Shown here one piece after another: positions 11,829 through 22,542 of a DNA stretch of 64,000 nucleotides; within the stretch, counting starts at the first letter, position 1, and each line of letters starts with the position of its first letter. Position numbers and translations under genes: made by a program. The DNA is taken from contig CAVSDB010000001.1 of the NCBI GenBank assembly GCA_963726755.1, positions 1,341,225 through 1,405,224 of the forward strand. Direction: 5' to 3'. The DNA comes from an uncultured Actinomycetota bacterium (lineage in GTDB: Bacteria > Actinomycetota > Actinomycetes > JAHEKZ01). The notes below the pieces were generated by a model. That model was not told the origin of the DNA, ran no database searches, and worked only from the letters and a program-made list of their open reading frames with translations.

Positions 11829-13474
11829 TCAGTACTGCGGCTTGAGCTCTGCCGTCGTCTTGGCGCCCCACACCGCGTTCGTCCACTGCGGGAAGTACGG
11901 CGGTGCGGAGAACTTCAACCGTGAGTCGTAGCCGTAGTCCTTGAGGTACCCGGTACCGCTGCTGGAGCCAGTACCGACGATGCCACGCCAACGCTGAGCG
12001 ATAGAGCCGCGGACTGACAGCGTTCCCATCTTGGCGCCATCGTCGTAGGACTGGACCCAGAAGCTGTGCTGCAGGGTCTGGATCGAGGCGTAGATCCAGA
12101 TGTCCGACGGCGACTTCAGGTTCGTGCCCCGAGCTGTTCACCGGGTGGGCGACGACCACCGAGTTGGCCGCCACCAGTCCAACCATGTCCGAACCGGTGG
12201 GGTTCGAACCCGATCGGCGTGCTGGCCAGTAGGAGGTCGTCGGTCACGATGATGTTGTTCTGCGCGGCCAGCGTGACCCGACCCTTCACAGTTCCCTCGA
12301 CGTAGAGGTTGCCGTTGCCGCAGTAGAACGTCGTCAGGTCGTTGGCGACGTCGCCAGCCATCGGCAGGCCATCACCGATCTGACCAGTCGTGCACTTAGA
12401 GGTCGTCGATGCGTTCTTGACGTAGACGACGCCCTCGTTCGGCACTGCCACTGTCTGCGGCCAGGCCGCGGACGGGTTACCGCAACCGGTGCCAACAACG
12501 GTGCCGGCGCTCTTGGTGCTCCAGACCGTCATGGTGCCGTTGCTGTTGAACTTGATCCGGGTGTCGCCGGTGTACTGGCAACCGGGGAAAGTGGAGAACT
12601 GGGCGCTGTTGTCGGGTAGGTAGAGCAGCGGGGCGTACTTCGCGGTGGTGCCGTTGAGGTTCGGCGTACCGCTTCCGCGCTTGCAGTTGTTGATGTTGTA
12701 CGGAGTGTTGGCGCACGTCGAGGCGGACGTCTCGTAGCCCTTCATGAACTTGACCGAGCCACCCATCAACGGCGTGTCGTTGAAGTGCACAGCTCCATCG
12801 AGTACGTCACCTGTGGCGAACTGGATTTCGACGCAGCCACGCGAAGAGTTCTGCCAGTAGTACTTGGCTTTCGTCGGTCCGCTCTTTCCGCAGGCGTCCG
12901 AAGGCGCACCCGAGGGGTAGGCCTGCTGGTTCGCCGGGTCGGCGTCCTCGAAGTCGGTGTAGTACAGGAAGTCAGTCGATCCACCACGTGACACCAGAAC
13001 CTGAATGGTGCGTGAGTGACCATTGACGCGACCGGTTGAGGTCACCCGGATCACGCCCTGGCTGAAGATGGTGCTGGGGTCGACGTCGTAGTGGAACGCT
13101 CCAGCTGCCGGGTTACCGGGCTGCAGATTCTGCCAGCCAACTGCCGTTGCCGTCGTCCAGCCGCAACTGTTCGTGCCGGCCTTCGGACCCTTAAGCGCGT
13201 TGTTGGTGCAGTCAACGGTCGTCCAGTACGAGTCGTTCTGGTTCAGTCGCGCGATGTAGTCGTCAATACCCGACTGCGCTGCGGCCAACGACGCGTTCCA
13301 GTCTTGGTCGGCGCGTGAACTGGTCTGCGCCTGCTGCGCAACCATGTACGCAGAGGTCATAAGCATGCCGAGAATCAGTGTGGCAGCCATCACCATGATG
13401 AGGGCGATGCCCTCTTCTGGGTGAGATGAACCCAGGCGGCGAGTGAAGAAACGGAACATGGTGACTCCTGTCAC
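11829..13474 (-). pseudogene. large pilus-associated protein (minor pilin/tip adhesin-like, PilX/PilY-type candidate); C-terminus split over 3 frames
   Basis: Track ORF 12116..13474 (452 aa, hydrophobic pseudopilin-like N-terminus GIALIMVMAATLILGML) continues in ORFs 11809..12186 and 11829..12029 in other frames. Confidence 0.45.
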
Positions 13475-14187
13475 GGACTCGACGAGGGCTGCGGGACGGC
13501 ATCTGCGTTCGGGAGGGAAACTCTGGTGGTGTACGAGGTGGGCGGAACTCCGTTGAGGGTGGAGGTCTGGACCGACACGTAGACATCGACACTGTCGACG
13601 GACGCGAGATCAGCAGCTGATAGGGGTCCGCCTGTTCCCAGTTTCACGCCGTCTTTGTTGTAGTACGTAAACAAGTCCGTCGTAGCAAGAACACCGGTCG
13701 CAAGCCTGCGGGTGTTGACTACGCAGCCACCGGTGCCAGGCGTGCAGTACTGGTAGTTGTAGTCCGTGGGTGCGTGAGCATTGGGCGGCTGGATCGTCTC
13801 CCACAACTCGCCATTTGTTCTACGTTCATATGTCACACGGCTCGGTCCAACGCTGTTCGAGTCGTTGTTGACGTTCGCGTAGAACTGCACCTTGCTTGGC
13901 TCAGCCTTCAAGAACGCAGCCAAGTCACACCCGGTGCACGTACCGTTCAACTGCGAAGGCAGCACAGCCGTACGAAGGTTGCGCGAGATCGCCTCCATGG
14001 AGAGGCGTCCTTGCTGGCTCTGGTCGGCGCGCGTGATGTTTGCAGTCGTCGTGCGCTGCGCCATGATCAGCGTTCCCTGAACCGCAGCCATCACGACGCC
14101 CAGGATGAACACCGCCACGAGAATTTCGACCAAGGTGAAGCCGCGGTCTGTCTCGTTGTCCCTCAACCGCTTCTGAATCCATCGCAT
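13471..14187 (-). CDS. minor pilin with prepilin-type N-terminal cleavage/methylation domain (PilV/PilW-like)
   Basis: Track ORF 13471..14292 trimmed to Met of MRWIQKRLRDNETDRGFTLVEILVAVFILGV. The GFTLVE motif marks a class III signal peptide. Start overlaps the upstream stop (TGATG). Confidence 0.7.
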   Translation of the reverse strand: MRWIQKRLRDNETDRGFTLVEILVAVFILGVVMAAVQGTLIMAQRTTTANITRADQSQQGRLSMEAISRNLRTAVLPSQLNGTCTGCDLAAFLKAEPSKVQFYANVNNDSNSVGPSRVTYERRTNGELWETIQPPNAHAPTDYNYQYCTPGTGGCVVNTRRLATGVLATTDLFTYYNKDGVKLGTGGPLSAADLASVDSVDVYVSVQTSTLNGVPPTSYTTRVSLPNADAVPQPSSSP

Positions 14188-15539
14188 CACAGAGTCACCA
14201 CCGAAAGTGCCGTTACGCCGGAGGTCGGGAGCAAGCTCGCCGTGGTTGGCCACGAACCCGACGGGCTCTTGCCGGTGACTTTGATCTGCCATTTACCGGC
14301 CGGAAGTGAGGCATTCAGAACACCCGAGGCGTTCGTCGTACCCACCGTGATCGGGTTTTCTGTCGTGCCACAGGTCGTCGTGGTCACCGGAGTGGCGGTG
14401 ACGACCGCATTCGGCACGGCGACACCGAGTGTGTTCTTCACCGTCAGCGCCATCGGGGCCAGACGAGTAGTCGTTGTCCCGGTTCCCGCTGGGGCGATGA
14501 TGATCGCTGGTGAACGTGTGCCGCCGGCCGTTGCTGGGTCGGACTGTGCGCATGAGCCGGCCCACAGGCTGTAGCCGTCGGTGAATGGCCACAGCGAGTT
14601 CACGGTTGTCGTCGCGCTGCTGGTCGTTACGACGCGAGTTCCGGTCGGCTGTAGCCCGGTGTTGGCAAGGGTCAAGGCTGGCCACGAAGCTGGTAGCGAG
14701 TATCCGCCCTCAGTGATGTACGTGACTGCCAGTGTCGCGGCCTTGTCGTAGTTAATGGTGACCTGCGACAGAGTTCCAGCGGTAACGACCACTGACTTAT
14801 CTGGTGTTTGGTCGCCATAGAAGTCCACGTAGCCCGGTTCGTTCATCGATGCCGTGTACGTACCGGGAGTGGACAGCGCGAACACCGCGCAACCGTCGAC
14901 GGCTGTGGTGTCGCTGAACGTGCCTGCGGGTCCAGTGATCGAGACCGTACGGTTCTTGCTCGGCAGGCCAGCTGCATCCAGGACCTTGACGCCGACGAAT
15001 GACAGCGTTGACGACAGCACACCCTTCGGTGGCGTCAGCACTGTGTTGGACGTCGACGGGAGGAACCGTGCCCATGTTGGGCCACGAAACCTCGACGTTC
15101 ACGGCAAGCGTTGGGTAGGTAATGGCTGCGCCACCGTCGCAACTGCTTTGACCGGTTCCGGCTGGCAGCCACTCGACATTGCGCTTGACCGTGTACGGAA
15201 TCGCCGTCCACCTTCAGGTCGGCACCGGCGCTCTGGCCAGGCAACGGATGTGGGTTCAGCACGAAGTTGGCGGCCGCCAACGCACCGGGCGCCGTCAACG
15301 ACGAGTTGAACTCATTGCGCGTGATTTCCAACTCGCGCGATGCGAGATTGGCCGCAGCTACCCGGTTCTTGTCCAGGCGCGTGGTCTTCATCGCGGCTGC
15401 CAAGCCCCATAACAATGGCGCTGGCGACGATCGAGAAAATCACCATCGCGACTACCAGCTCGATAAGCGTGAGTCCCCCCTCACCATCAAGCTGAGCACG
15501 ACGGCGAAAAGAGAGAAGATTCGGCCATGACCTCTGCAT
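14187..15539 (-). pseudogene. large pilin-like protein (FimT/PilX-like) with prepilin N-terminus; at least 3 frameshifts
   Basis: N-terminus in ORF 15312..15602 (GGLTLIELVVAMVIFSIVAS), middle in ORF 15035..15415, then a third frame (WTAIPYTVKRNVEWLPAGTGQSSCDGG...), and C-terminus in ORF 14187..15041. Traced by hand. Confidence 0.5.
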
Positions 15540-15590
15540 GGGCGTCTTATCGGCATCTGAAATAGCCGACTTGAACGGGGACGAGCAACG

Positions 15591-15624
15591 GCTCGGGGCC
15601 ACACCGTGTGGTGTGCCCCCGAGC
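15591..15624 (-). terminator. hairpin terminator downstream of pilA copy 1
   Basis: GCTCGGGGCCACACC/GGTGTGCCCCCGAGC near-perfect stem. No strong U-tract (an I-shaped terminator, common in actinobacteria). Confidence 0.4.
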
Positions 15625-15663
15625 CAGTTGCATCTGATTCACCCTGGGTAGTACAATGGGTGA

Positions 15664-16077
15664 TCAGTTGTTCACGCAAACGCCGCCGGCAGCCTGGAGG
15701 CCACCGTCGTTGCTGTCGTAGATCCAGTTGGCCTGCGAACCAGGCTGCGCACCGGCGATACGAGTGATGGTCACGCAGTAAGACGAACCGATGGTCGAAA
15801 CGGCCACCGCTGCGTTGTTACCTGGCGAAAGCTTGACTGCAGCAGGAACCGCAGCCGGGTAGGTCTGAGTGTCAGTGAACGCAGTTTCCATCTCGTTGGC
15901 CACCGCGCGAGCGTCAGCCTTCATCGATGCGTCAACAGCCTTCTGACGCTGGTTCAAGAACACCGGGATAGCAATAGCAGCAAGAATACCGATGATGATA
16001 ACGACGACCAGGAGCTCGATGAGGGTGAAGCCTTCCTCATTCTCGTCCATGGCCTTACGGATGCGAGCGAGCATCAT
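15664..16077 (-). CDS. pilA: type IV major pilin PilA, copy 1
   Basis: Track ORF 15664..16128 trimmed to the MM start with GAAGGGA ribosome-binding site. MMLARIRKAMDENEEGFTLIELLVVVIIIGILAAIAIPVF is a canonical type IVa prepilin leader plus N-methyl-Phe helix. Confidence 0.85.
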   Translation of the reverse strand: MMLARIRKAMDENEEGFTLIELLVVVIIIGILAAIAIPVFLNQRQKAVDASMKADARAVANEMETAFTDTQTYPAAVPAAVKLSPGNNAAVAVSTIGSSYCVTITRIAGAQPGSQANWIYDSNDGGLQAAGGVCVNN

Positions 16078-16317
16078 TTGTCCCTTCAGGACGTAACGGT
16101 GAGCCGTACGGCGCTCGCCCTGGACCACCCCTAAGGGCTGACCGAGGTAGCTGGGCTAACCACATGGGTCCCCTGGCTTTGCGAACCCGCCTCACGACGG
16201 GAGTGCCTTGTCTGGCCGGTTGGCTCTTTACAAGTACTGTTTCGACCCCCCACATACCCGTCTTGAGCCACGATGATCACAGACTTCACCGGCGAGTTCC
16301 ACCGCTGACAACAAGCA

Positions 16318-16351
16318 GACTCGGGGCCACACCGTGTGGTGTGACCCCGAG
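16318..16351 (-). terminator. hairpin terminator downstream of pilA copy 2
   Basis: ACTCGGGGCCACACC/GGTGTGACCCCGAGT, paralogous to the copy-1 hairpin. Confidence 0.4.
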
Positions 16352-16395
16352 TCCTGCTAGTGATAATGCGATCAGATGATCTGGTGATCAGCCGA

Positions 16396-16809
16396 TCAGT
16401 TGTTCACGCAGACCCCGCCGGCAGCCTGGAGGCCACCGTCGTTGCTGTCGTAGATCCAGTTGGCCTGCGAACCAGGCTGCGCACCGGCGATACGAGTGAT
16501 GGTCACGCAGTAAGACGAACCGATCGTCGAAACGGCCACCACTGCCTTGTTACCTGGCGAAAGCTTGACCGCAGCAGGAACCGCAGCCGGGTAGGTCTGA
16601 GTGTCAGTGAACGCAGTTTCCATCTCGTTGGCCACCGCGCGAGCGTCAGCCTTCATCGATGCGTCAACAGCCTTCTGACGCTGGTTCAAGAACACCGGGA
16701 TAGCAATAGCAGCAAGAATACCGATGATGATAACGACGACCAGGAGCTCGATGAGGGTGAAGCCTTCCTCATTCTCGTCCATGGCCTTGCGGATGCGAGC
16801 GAGCATCAT
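16396..16809 (-). CDS. pilA: type IV major pilin PilA, copy 2 (one amino-acid difference from copy 1)
   Basis: Track ORF 16396..16860. Identical 154-aa translation except SPGNNAAVAV vs SPGNKAVVAV. Confidence 0.85.
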   Translation of the reverse strand: MMLARIRKAMDENEEGFTLIELLVVVIIIGILAAIAIPVFLNQRQKAVDASMKADARAVANEMETAFTDTQTYPAAVPAAVKLSPGNKAVVAVSTIGSSYCVTITRIAGAQPGSQANWIYDSNDGGLQAAGGVCVNN

Positions 16810-17270
16810 TTGTCCCTTCAGGACGTAACGGTGAGCCGTACGGCGCTCGCCCTGGACCACCCCTAAGGGCTGACCGAGGTAGCTGGGCTAACCACTGGGT
16901 CCCCTGGCTTTGCGAACCCGCCTCACGACGGGAGTGCCTTGTCTGGCCGGTTGGCTCTTTACAAGTACTGTTTCGACCCCCCACATACCCGTCTTGAGCC
17001 ACGATGATCACGACTTGGCATCACACCCAGACGGCCCAACGTCCAGTGGCGCCTTCAAGAGCCGGCGTGCTCTGCGCGCTCCTTGATCCCATGGAACGTC
17101 CCGCGAGCCATGACAGATCGGCGGGGATGATGGCCATGAGCTGCGCAGCGAGTTCGTGTGGGGATCCACCTCACGACGGTGAAGAAGGCAGTCCCGGCCC
17201 AAATGGCTTCGGGGCTGGTGTCGATGGTGATCGCAGGGTTAGTCGCGACCTGCGGACAGGCTTCCCCTGA

Positions 17271-17694
17271 CTAGCTCTCGATCATGCTTGGGCGAAACCT
17301 CCGACCTGACACTGCATCGACCTCGACACGCACAAAGACCGGCTTAGGGCCTCGTTGCCAGGCGATGACCGGCAGACTCAAAACTGTCAAGTATTTCGTG
17401 AACGTTCGTCAGGGAACGAGCTCGTCCCTTGAGCACGACGCTCCACGCCTCGCCGGATTCTTGGTCCACTCCGTCAACCTCGAAGGCGACGCGGTGCCCA
17501 TCTGCCGCGTTGAGTTTGGTCCCGAGCGCTGTTCGGAACATCACCGTGCCGTGGTCGACCAGATGGTTGACCGGGAAGATCTCTGGCTGCTCGTCCAAGA
17601 CCACTGCCAGCCGCCCCACTTGCGCACTTCGGACTAGATCCCAACAGGTGTTATCTCGAAGCACCTCGATCGCATCGGTTCCGTCTTGTTGCAT
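17271..17694 (-). pseudogene. pyridoxamine 5'-phosphate oxidase family / F420-dependent-like small enzyme; C-terminus frameshifted near 17345
   Basis: Track ORF 17344..17694 (116 aa PPOX-like). The expected C-terminus PVFVRVEVDAVSGRRFRPSMIES* is in another frame immediately downstream. Confidence 0.5.
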
Positions 17695-17805
17695 GTCTGA
17701 CCTCCCATCGACCGTTCACCGGTTCCACCTTGGGCCGAGCGGCGGTGCCTTACCCGGGCAAGAAGTCCCGATGTTTTGCTTTCGCCCCTCCCCTAGGGTG
17801 AATTC

Positions 17806-19428
17806 GTGGATCCTGGCTCCGAGCGGATAGCGCGACTACTGGACGCCGTGCTCGCGGTCAGTTCCGATCTCGATCTGTCCCAGGTGCTGTCCCGAATCGT
17901 CCAATCTGCCTGCGATCTGGTCGACGCGAGGTATGGCGCCCTTGGTGTGCTCGCTCCGGAAGGTGAACACCTGGTCGAGTTTGTGACCCAGGGACTCTCC
18001 GACGCGAACGGCGGGCTATTGGCGACCTGCCGCACGGGCGAGGAATTCTCGGATTGCTGATCCGTGACCCTCAACCGCGACGCGTCCGCGACATCGCGAC
18101 GCATCCGGCCTCCTACGGTTTCCCGCCAAACCATCCGCCTATGCACAGCTTCCTGGGGGCGCCCATCGCCATCCGCGGAAGAGGTGTTCGGCAACCTCTA
18201 TCTGGCCAACAAGCAAGACGCACGTGGAGTTCAGCGCAAGACGATCAGGAAGTCGTCGTCGCGTTGGCCGCGGCTGCTGGCGTCGCCATCGACAACGCGC
18301 GCCTGTACGACCGATCGCGCCGGCAACGCGAACTCGCTGACGCGCTTGCCGAGATGACGCAGCATCTTCTGGAAGGCATGGAAACCGACGCGGCCCTTCG
18401 CTTGATGGCCCGGCGCAGCGCTGAGATGGCGGTTGCCGAGCTCGCCGTCGTGGCGCTGTATGACGAAGGTGGTCGACTTACCGTCCGCGCGACCAACGAC
18501 GAACGACCCTCGCATGGTGTTGGCCTTGAACTTGACCCCGACTTTCGATGGAGCGAGTTGGTCGCACGCCGGTTGCCATATCTCATTTCCGAACCCGACC
18601 AAGACTCGAACACCGAGCTGGCTGAAATCCGACAACTGGGTTCACTGGATCCCGACGGTCCCACAGCGATCGTCGCCATCGCAGTCGGTGACGCCGAGCT
18701 CGGGGTGCTTGGCGTCGCATGGAACTCTGACCAAGACGTTGCCGCCCGTCAGTCACTCGACTCTTTACACACCTTTGGGCGAACGGCTGCGCTAGCCCTC
18801 GAGGCAGCAACTGCTCAACGTGAGCGTGGGCGGGTAGCACTTCTTGAGGATCGAGACCGAATCGCTCGAGACATGCATGACCACGTGATTCAACGGCTGT
18901 TCGCCACCGGACTGTCGTTGCAGTCGACCAGGCTGATGACGTCGGATGACGCGGTGTGCCAGCGACTCGACGAGGCCGTGGACGCGATTGACGTGGCGAT
19001 CAAAGACATTCGAGAGGCGATCTTCGCGTTGCATCGTCCGATCGGAGGTCTTGGTGTTCAGGCCGAAGTCGACGAACTTGTCCGCCACGCCGGCCGCACG
19101 CTGGGGTACAACCCAGAGGTCAGCACGAGTGGATCGTGGGGCTCTCTGCCGTTCGGAGATAGAGCCGGAGTTGTTGGCAGTCGTCCGCGAGGCCCTGTCG
19201 AACGTCGTTCGCCACGCTCAGGCGAGCTGGTGTCGAGTGTCGGTCCACGTGACCGATTCGGTTGTGAGAGTCGAGGTGGAAGACGACGGAATGGGGATTC
19301 CCAAGGACGCTGAGTTGAGCGGACTCAGGAATCTCGAGCGACGAGCTGCCCGGCTCGAACGGCAGCCTGCAGTTGGCCGCTCGCCATCCAACGGGAACCG
19401 TCCTCATGTGGCAGGTGCCGGTCAAGTA
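17806..19428 (+). pseudogene. GAF-GAF-HisKA_3-HATPase sensor histidine kinase (DevS/DosT-like); at least 5 frameshifts
   Basis: ORFs 17806..18060, 18054..19313, 18064..18357 (GEEVFGNLYLANKQDARG GAF signature) and 18946..19524 (HATPase: LAVVREALSNVVRHA...VEVEDDGMGIP). HisKA_3 RDRIARDMHDHVIQRLFATGLSL. The true C-terminus LAARHPTGTVLMWQVPVK* is in yet another frame. Confidence 0.7.
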
Positions 19429-19435
19429 GGGCAGG

Positions 19436-20078
19436 TCAAGAGTCAGGTTGCTGTTGGTGGGTTACCGCAAACACCGCAGCCTGCGTTCGACGCTGCATGC
19501 CGAGCTTTCCCAGTATCGACGTGACGTAGTTCTTGACCGTCTTCTCGGCCAGCGACATCGATTCGCCGATTTGCGCGTTCGTCTGTCCGTCGGCAATGTG
19601 TTGCAGAATTCGTCGCTCCTGCGGAGTTAGCGCTGACAGTCGAGGATCTGTTCGAGTGTCGCCCCAGCGGTCGCGGATCTGCGCGCGACGCGCTTCGTCG
19701 ATCAGTGACTCACCGGCCGCCACCTTGCGTATCGAGTCGACCAGAGTGTTTCCCTTGACGTCCTTAAGTACGTACCCGGCAGCACCGGCGCGATCGCGCT
19801 TGACCAGCGCCTGCTCGTCGTCGTACGACGTCACGATGAGCGCTGCGATGCTGGGATCAACGGAACGAATGTCTCGACAGGTATCGATGCCCGACCCATC
19901 GGGCAGCCGCGCATCCAACAGCGCGACATCGGGACGAAGCGCCGGAATCCTGCGAGTTGCTTCGAGAGCCGAACCCGGACTCTCCGACCACTTCGATGTC
20001 GTCCTCGCGCTCGAACAACTCTCGGAGCCCGCGTCGGACGATCTCGTGATCGTCGAGAATGAACACCCGAATCGTCAT
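19436..20078 (-). pseudogene. NarL/LuxR-family response regulator (DevR-like); one frameshift near 19950
   Basis: Receiver N-terminus in ORF 19857..20078 (MTIRVFILDDHEIVRRGLRELFERED). Rest, including the HTH (LTPQERRILQHIADGQTNAQIGESMSLAEKTVKNYVTSILGKLG), in ORF 19436..19918. Confidence 0.75.
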
Positions 20079-20172
20079 CGTCGTCCGTCAACCCCAATCG
20101 TCTTGGCAGTCGAACGATAGTGGCCTCTCAGACTATGACGCGACCGACGGACTATCGGCAATACTCCCGTCA

Positions 20173-21395
20173 CTACTTGATGAGGTCGAAGACCTTGAAG
20201 ATGGGCATGTACAGGGCGATGATCATGCTTCCGACGAGACCACCGAGCACTGCGATCATCAGTGGCTCGATCAGCGCAGTCAGCGACTCCGTGGTCGACT
20301 CGACTTCTTGGTCGTAGAACTCACTGATCTTCTCGAGCATGGCGTCCAGCGCACCGGTGTCTTCACCGACCGCCAGCATCTGCACGACCATGGGCGGGAA
20401 GATCGCGTGGTGGGTGAGTGGTTCGGTGAGCGACTCACCATTGCGGACGCTGTCCTGGACGTCGCGAACAGCTCGTGCCACCACGACGTTGCCCGACGTG
20501 TCGGCAACGATGTCGAGGCTCTGCAGGATCGGGACACCGGCGTGGAGCATGGTGCCGAAGTTGCGAGTGAAGCGGCTGAGCGCAATCTTCTGGAACAGCG
20601 GGCCGAAGACCGGGATCTTCAACTTGATGGGGTCAAGGACGTTACGTACTTGCTCCTTGTGCTTGATCTTCTTCCAGATGATCACGAAGGCGATAAGGCC
20701 AATGGCGATAGGGATGAAGCCCATCTTCAACAGATCGCTCAACTTGACCAGCAGCAGCGTGGGAGCAGGCAGTTGCGCGCCAAGACCTTCGAACATCTTG
20801 GCGAAGATCGGCACGATGAACAGCAACATGCCGGTCACCGCGAGAAGCGCCATCACGAACACCACAACCGGGTAAGTCATGGCGCTCTTAATCTTGCCCT
20901 TGAGGCGTACTTCCTCTTCATAGTTCGCCGCAATACGAAGCAGCACACCGTCCAAGAATCCGCCGACCTCACCGGCTCGAACCATGTTCACCATGAGCGG
21001 TGGGAAGACTGCCGGGTGTTCGGCCGAGCGCGCCGGAGAGCGCGTTACCGTTTTCCACGCTGTTGCGGACCTCGCCCAGGACTCCTGCCAAGCGTCTTGT
21101 TGGGAGTCTGCTCCGAGAGAATGTTGAGGGCACGCATGAGCGACAGACCGGCACCGATCATGGTGGCGAACTGTCGCGACATGACCGCGATGTCCTTGAG
21201 CTTGACCGAACCGCCGAATCCGGGGATCTTCAGTTCGGTCTTCATCCCAGCTTTGTGCTCGGTGATGGTGACCGTCGCGTAGCCCAGGCTTGACAGTTTT
21301 TGTGCCACCGCGCCCTGGGACTCGGCCTCGATCGTCCCCGTGACGATCTTGCCCGCCTTGTCCCGGACCTGGTACTGGTACATCGTCGTTCCCAT
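20173..21395 (-). pseudogene. pilC: type IV pilus platform protein PilC (GspF family); 2 frameshifts
   Basis: N-terminus in ORF 21045..21395, a short middle piece in ORF 20969..21154 (LAGVLGEVRNSVENG), C-terminal two-thirds in ORF 20173..20994. Confidence 0.8.
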
Positions 21396-21415
21396 GTCGT
21401 AACTCCCTTGGTGGC

Positions 21416-22472
21416 TCAGCCGCGGCCGGTCAGGCGGTTGAAGTCTTCGATGTGATGAGACTTCTCAGCACCGGTTTCGTACGTGATGCGACCCTTGTTC
21501 ACCAGGTCCGCGAGGTGCTGGTCCATCGTCTGCATGCCGTACTTGGTGCCGGCCTGCATGGAGCTGTAGATCTGGTGAGTCTTGCCTTCACGAATCAGGT
21601 TCCGGATGGCTGGAGTTGCCACCATGACCTCGCAGGCCACAACGCGGCCCTTGCCGTCTGCCGTGCGAGCCAAGGTCTGGCAGACGACACCCTGGATGGC
21701 GGTCGCCAACTGAGCGCGCACCTGCTGCTGCTGGTGCGGGGGGAAGACGTCGATGACACGGTCGATGGTCTGCGCCGCGTCCTGGGTGTGCAGGGTCGCG
21801 TAGACGAGGTGACCAGTTTCAGCCGCAGTTAGCGCAACAGAGATGGTCTCGAGGTCACGCATTTCACCGACCAGGATGATGTCGGGGTCCTGACGCAGCA
21901 CGTGCTTGAGCGCGTTCTGGAAGGACTTGGTGTCCTCCCCCACTTCGCGCTGGTTGACCAGACACGACTGGTGGCGGTGCAAGAACTCAATCGGGTCCTC
22001 ACACGTCATGATGTGGTCTTTGCGGTTTCGGTTCGCCATATCCACCAAGTGAGGCCAGGGTCGTGGACTTGCCCGATCCAGTTGGTCCGGTGACCAGCAC
22101 GAAACCTCGCGGGAGCATCGAGAAGTTGGCAACCGACTTGGGAACCCCCAAGTCCTCGAGCCGCTTGATTTCGAACGGAATGATTCGGAAGGCAGCGCCG
22201 ACCGCGTCCCGCTGCCGATACATGTTGACTCGGAATCGAGCCCGACCTGGGACTGAGTAGGCGAAGTCAAGTTCGAAGACTTCTTCGAAGATCTCTCGTT
22301 GGCGCTGGGTGATCGCCGCGTACATCACGCGCTGGATGACCGGCGGAGTCAGGACCGGGTACTCATCCATCTGGAGTGAGTTCACCGTTGACGCGAATCG
22401 CGGGACGTGCCCCAGCCGTCAGGTGAAGGTCGGACGCGCCTCGCTCGAGCATGGCGAGCAGCAGGTCGACCA
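21416..22472 (-). pseudogene. pilT: twitching-motility retraction ATPase PilT; at least 2 frameshifts
   Basis: N-terminus (..DLLLAMLERGASDLHLTAGARPAIRVNGEL) found by hand at ~22380-22470, then ORF 21999..22385 (Walker A LVTGPTGSGKSTTLASL), then ORF 21416..22270 (IEFLHRHQSCLVNQREVGEDTKSF...). Confidence 0.8.
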
Positions 22473-22542
22473 AGATGATGTCTTCGCCGCCCAGCGCGGC
22501 TCGGTGCTGACTCGAGAGTAGGACTCCTCGTTCGCCTCGGAC

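Larger units (their letters stand above)
15588..17012. repeat. tandem direct duplication, 2 x 732 bp, each unit = terminator hairpin + pilA + ~190-nt leader
   Basis: The two 154-aa ORFs, their upstream leaders and downstream hairpins align at a 732-bp period. Coding parts are near-identical; flanks have diverged. Confidence 0.8.

Noticed and set aside
12190-12215. GGTGGGGTTCGAACCCGATC, a tRNA T-arm-like sequence
   Set aside because: Lies inside a coding region with no acceptor or anticodon arms around it. It is the palindrome GGTTCGAACC, not a tRNA.
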